Below are positions 61,739-64,000 of a stretch of 64,000 nucleotides of DNA, piece by piece. Position 1 is the first letter of the stretch; the number at the start of each line of letters is the position of its first letter. The position numbers and the translations under genes are program-made. A model generated the notes under the pieces. That model searched no databases. It was not told the DNA's origin and was given only the letters and a program-made list of their open reading frames with translations. Origin of the DNA: Escherichia phage mobillu; sequence record MN850622.1. One strand, written 5' to 3'.

Positions 61739-63952
61739 ATGATTATTGAAACGGCTAAAGAAACGATTATTGGTTCTGGTGGTAAAAGCACAGCATTTAC
61801 TATTCAAGGCAATAGCAAAGTTTATAAGATTTTGTCTAATGACCTTTATACAAACAAAGAATTGGCTTGTGTACGTGAATTAATCACAAACTGTATTGAT
61901 GGGCAAATTCTTAATGGTTGCACTGATAAGTTTATTGTTCAGGCACCAGGTCGTTTAGACCCACGTTTTGTAGTTCGAGACTTTGGTCCTGGTATGAGTG
62001 ATTTCACCATTCGAGGTAATGACGAAGAGCCAGGAATTTATAACTCATATTTTGCTTCAACTAAAACATCGAGTAACGATTTCATTGGTGGATTCGGACT
62101 CGGCTCTAAAGCTCCATTAGCATATACCGATACGTTTAACCTTACGTCTTATCACAACGGCGAAGTTCGTGGTTACGTAATCTACCAAGATGACACGGGT
62201 CCACAAATTAAGCCGACCTTTGTAGATAAGATGGGTCCTGATGACCGTACTGGTGTAGAAGTAGTCGTACCGGTTAACCCGGAAGATTTTGAAAAGTTTG
62301 CATCCGAAATTGCGTATGTTATGCGTCCTCTAGGTGATATTGCAGAAGTTCGTGGTGTTAAAGATATTAAATACTTCCCTGAATTTGACGATGTATATTT
62401 GGCCAAGGAAGCTCCATGGGGTGAACGCGGTAATATCATGGCTGTTTACGGTGGTATTGTATATCCAATCGGAAGTGTTATTAAAGAACAAACATGGATG
62501 ATGACGCGATGCACTACAGCTTATATTAAATTCCCTATGGGTGAACTAGATGTAGCTCCGTCTCGTGAAGCATTGTCATTTGATAAACGTACGGTAGCAA
62601 ATATCCATAAACGCGTTGCAGAAATCGATGCTAAATTGTTCGCTGAAGATTCTAAGAAATGGATTGATTGTAAATACCCACGTCATGTGTTCCGTGAAAT
62701 TGATTCTCTTGGCTATACCGCTCGTAAATACATGGAAAAGGCTGGGTCTAATATTGAATCACTGAAATACTCTAAAGAACAACTAACTTATTCTGAGTTG
62801 TACAAACGTTTTAAAATGGGGCCTGAGTGGTGTAATCTTGGCGTCGTATATGATATCGTTGAATCCCCTCGTCTTCGTCGTATTCGTGAAAGTGGTAGCT
62901 CAACGGCAACCATTTCAATTAACAGTCTGATTGGCATTAACATTAAAAACGTTGAAATTGTTATTGACGACGTTAAGGGACGCGTTCCATTAATGCGAGC
63001 TCTTAATTCAATTGAAATGTCTAAAGACGAGGTTAAATTAACTGGTAAAGTTCCACGCGGTTTTGGTAAAAGCGTACTATTCGTTGACCCTACAGACGAA
63101 GATGCAATGAAACTTCTGGAACGCCTTAAAGTTATCTTTGTTGGCGACAACATTAACATGTACAAGACTTCAGAGCTTTTACAAATCGTTAAGCCATGGA
63201 TTGAAGTCAGGAAACGAACTAATGAGCCTCGTCCTAAATCGCCAAGTGCTCATCGATTCTTTAAGAATGAAAACGATGTTTGGGTATCAGAAGACCTCTT
63301 TATTCCGGCAAGTGAAGCAGATGAAATCCAAGGTTATGCTATAGTTCGTAATCGTTCTAATGCTGAATGTCTTGATGCAGATAAAGGTTGGTTGAACTAT
63401 GACTCTAATTTCTTGACCCGTATTGCTGATTTGTCAGATATTAAAGAGTTCACTGTAGTCCGTCCACAGATTGCTAAGAAAGTTCGTAAACTTGGTGAAG
63501 TAGAATGCTTGTTCGAAAAATCAATTAATGACTATATTACGCTAATCGATAAAGTAGATTATGATGAGTATGTATCACCAAGTCGTAGAGCACAGCCCTA
63601 TCTAAACCATATTACTCGTAATGAAGAGCTTAACTTCCTTAGTAAGTATTTTAGCTCTAAGAACAAAGAAATCAGTAAAGATTTTGCAAAACTCTCCACA
63701 GTAAATAATCGCTGGGGATGGAATCGATTCGCAGGTGCTACTAATACAGACCTGAATAAGAAGTTAGAATTGTGTGCTAAAATTTTCGATAAGCTTAAAG
63801 ATAATGCTTACGATAATGATGATAAAATGGTTATTGAATTCGAAACCAATTATCATATTGTGACAGAATACATGGGACGACGTGGTACTCTTTCAAAAGA
63901 ACAGGTCGCTCAAATCGTTAAATTCATGAAGGCCGTGGAAGCGGCCAAATAA
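61739..63952 (+). CDS. rIIA: rIIA membrane-associated protein
   Basis: 737 aa; followed directly by rIIB start; N-terminal GHKL-like region; size and synteny. Confidence 0.85.
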   Translation: MIIETAKETIIGSGGKSTAFTIQGNSKVYKILSNDLYTNKELACVRELITNCIDGQILNGCTDKFIVQAPGRLDPRFVVRDFGPGMSDFTIRGNDEEPGIYNSYFASTKTSSNDFIGGFGLGSKAPLAYTDTFNLTSYHNGEVRGYVIYQDDTGPQIKPTFVDKMGPDDRTGVEVVVPVNPEDFEKFASEIAYVMRPLGDIAEVRGVKDIKYFPEFDDVYLAKEAPWGERGNIMAVYGGIVYPIGSVIKEQTWMMTRCTTAYIKFPMGELDVAPSREALSFDKRTVANIHKRVAEIDAKLFAEDSKKWIDCKYPRHVFREIDSLGYTARKYMEKAGSNIESLKYSKEQLTYSELYKRFKMGPEWCNLGVVYDIVESPRLRRIRESGSSTATISINSLIGINIKNVEIVIDDVKGRVPLMRALNSIEMSKDEVKLTGKVPRGFGKSVLFVDPTDEDAMKLLERLKVIFVGDNINMYKTSELLQIVKPWIEVRKRTNEPRPKSPSAHRFFKNENDVWVSEDLFIPASEADEIQGYAIVRNRSNAECLDADKGWLNYDSNFLTRIADLSDIKEFTVVRPQIAKKVRKLGEVECLFEKSINDYITLIDKVDYDEYVSPSRRAQPYLNHITRNEELNFLSKYFSSKNKEISKDFAKLSTVNNRWGWNRFAGATNTDLNKKLELCAKIFDKLKDNAYDNDDKMVIEFETNYHIVTEYMGRRGTLSKEQVAQIVKFMKAVEAAK

Positions 63953-63960
63953 GGAAACAT

Positions 63961-64000
63961 TATGTACAATATCAAATGCTTGTCCCAAGAAGAACAGTTA
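63961..64000 (+). CDS. rIIB: rIIB (5' end, truncated by window)
   Basis: MYNIKCLSQEEQL matches the T4 RIIB N-terminus MYNIKCL as I recall it. Confidence 0.6.

Overview
This window is a T4-like (Tevenvirinae) coliphage early/middle region, almost entirely coding on the + strand. From memory, the DNA polymerase N-terminus (MKEFYLTVEQIGDSIFERYIDSNGRERTREVEY..., 903 aa) matches the RB69-type gp43; I cannot verify this without a database. Gene order in the transcription direction is: regB-tk-rI ... nrdC-49-nrdD-nrdG-nrdH ... 55 ... 47-46-rpbA-45-44-62-regA-43 ... 42 ... uvsX-40-41 ... dmd ... sp ... 61 ... 56 ... soc ... modB-modA ... dda-dexA ... 39 ... rIIA-rIIB(start). The main finding is a cassette between DNA polymerase (43) and dCMP hydroxymethylase (42) that replaces the T4 imm region: a SIS sugar-phosphate isomerase, a fused sugar-1-phosphate nucleotidyltransferase/anomeric-kinase, a HAD phosphatase and a Cys-rich U32-family-like protein. 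The alpha-gt locus (between 55 and 47) holds only small ORFs, the beta-gt locus (after 42) holds an unrelated 299-aa protein plus a P-loop kinase, and a GT4-like glycosyltransferase sits between gene 39 and rIIA. Together these look like a non-glucose hydroxymethylcytosine glycosylation system (NDP-pentose, e.g. arabinose, or NDP-heptose-like donor). If this is RB69, arabinosyl-hmC has been reported for it, but as far as I recall the precursor enzymes are not biochemically characterised. Other notable features: a GrcA/YfiD-type glycyl-radical cofactor whose 3' half has host-like codon usage; many T4-type early promoters carrying inverted repeats (PeSL-like cassettes); rho-independent terminators with TTCG loops; tandem paralog families; one convincing minus-strand small membrane-protein gene; and a fused 39/60 topoisomerase gene. 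No tRNA, CRISPR array, intron or homing endonuclease was recognised. Coordinates of small ORFs and start codons are inferred by eye and carry uncertainty.
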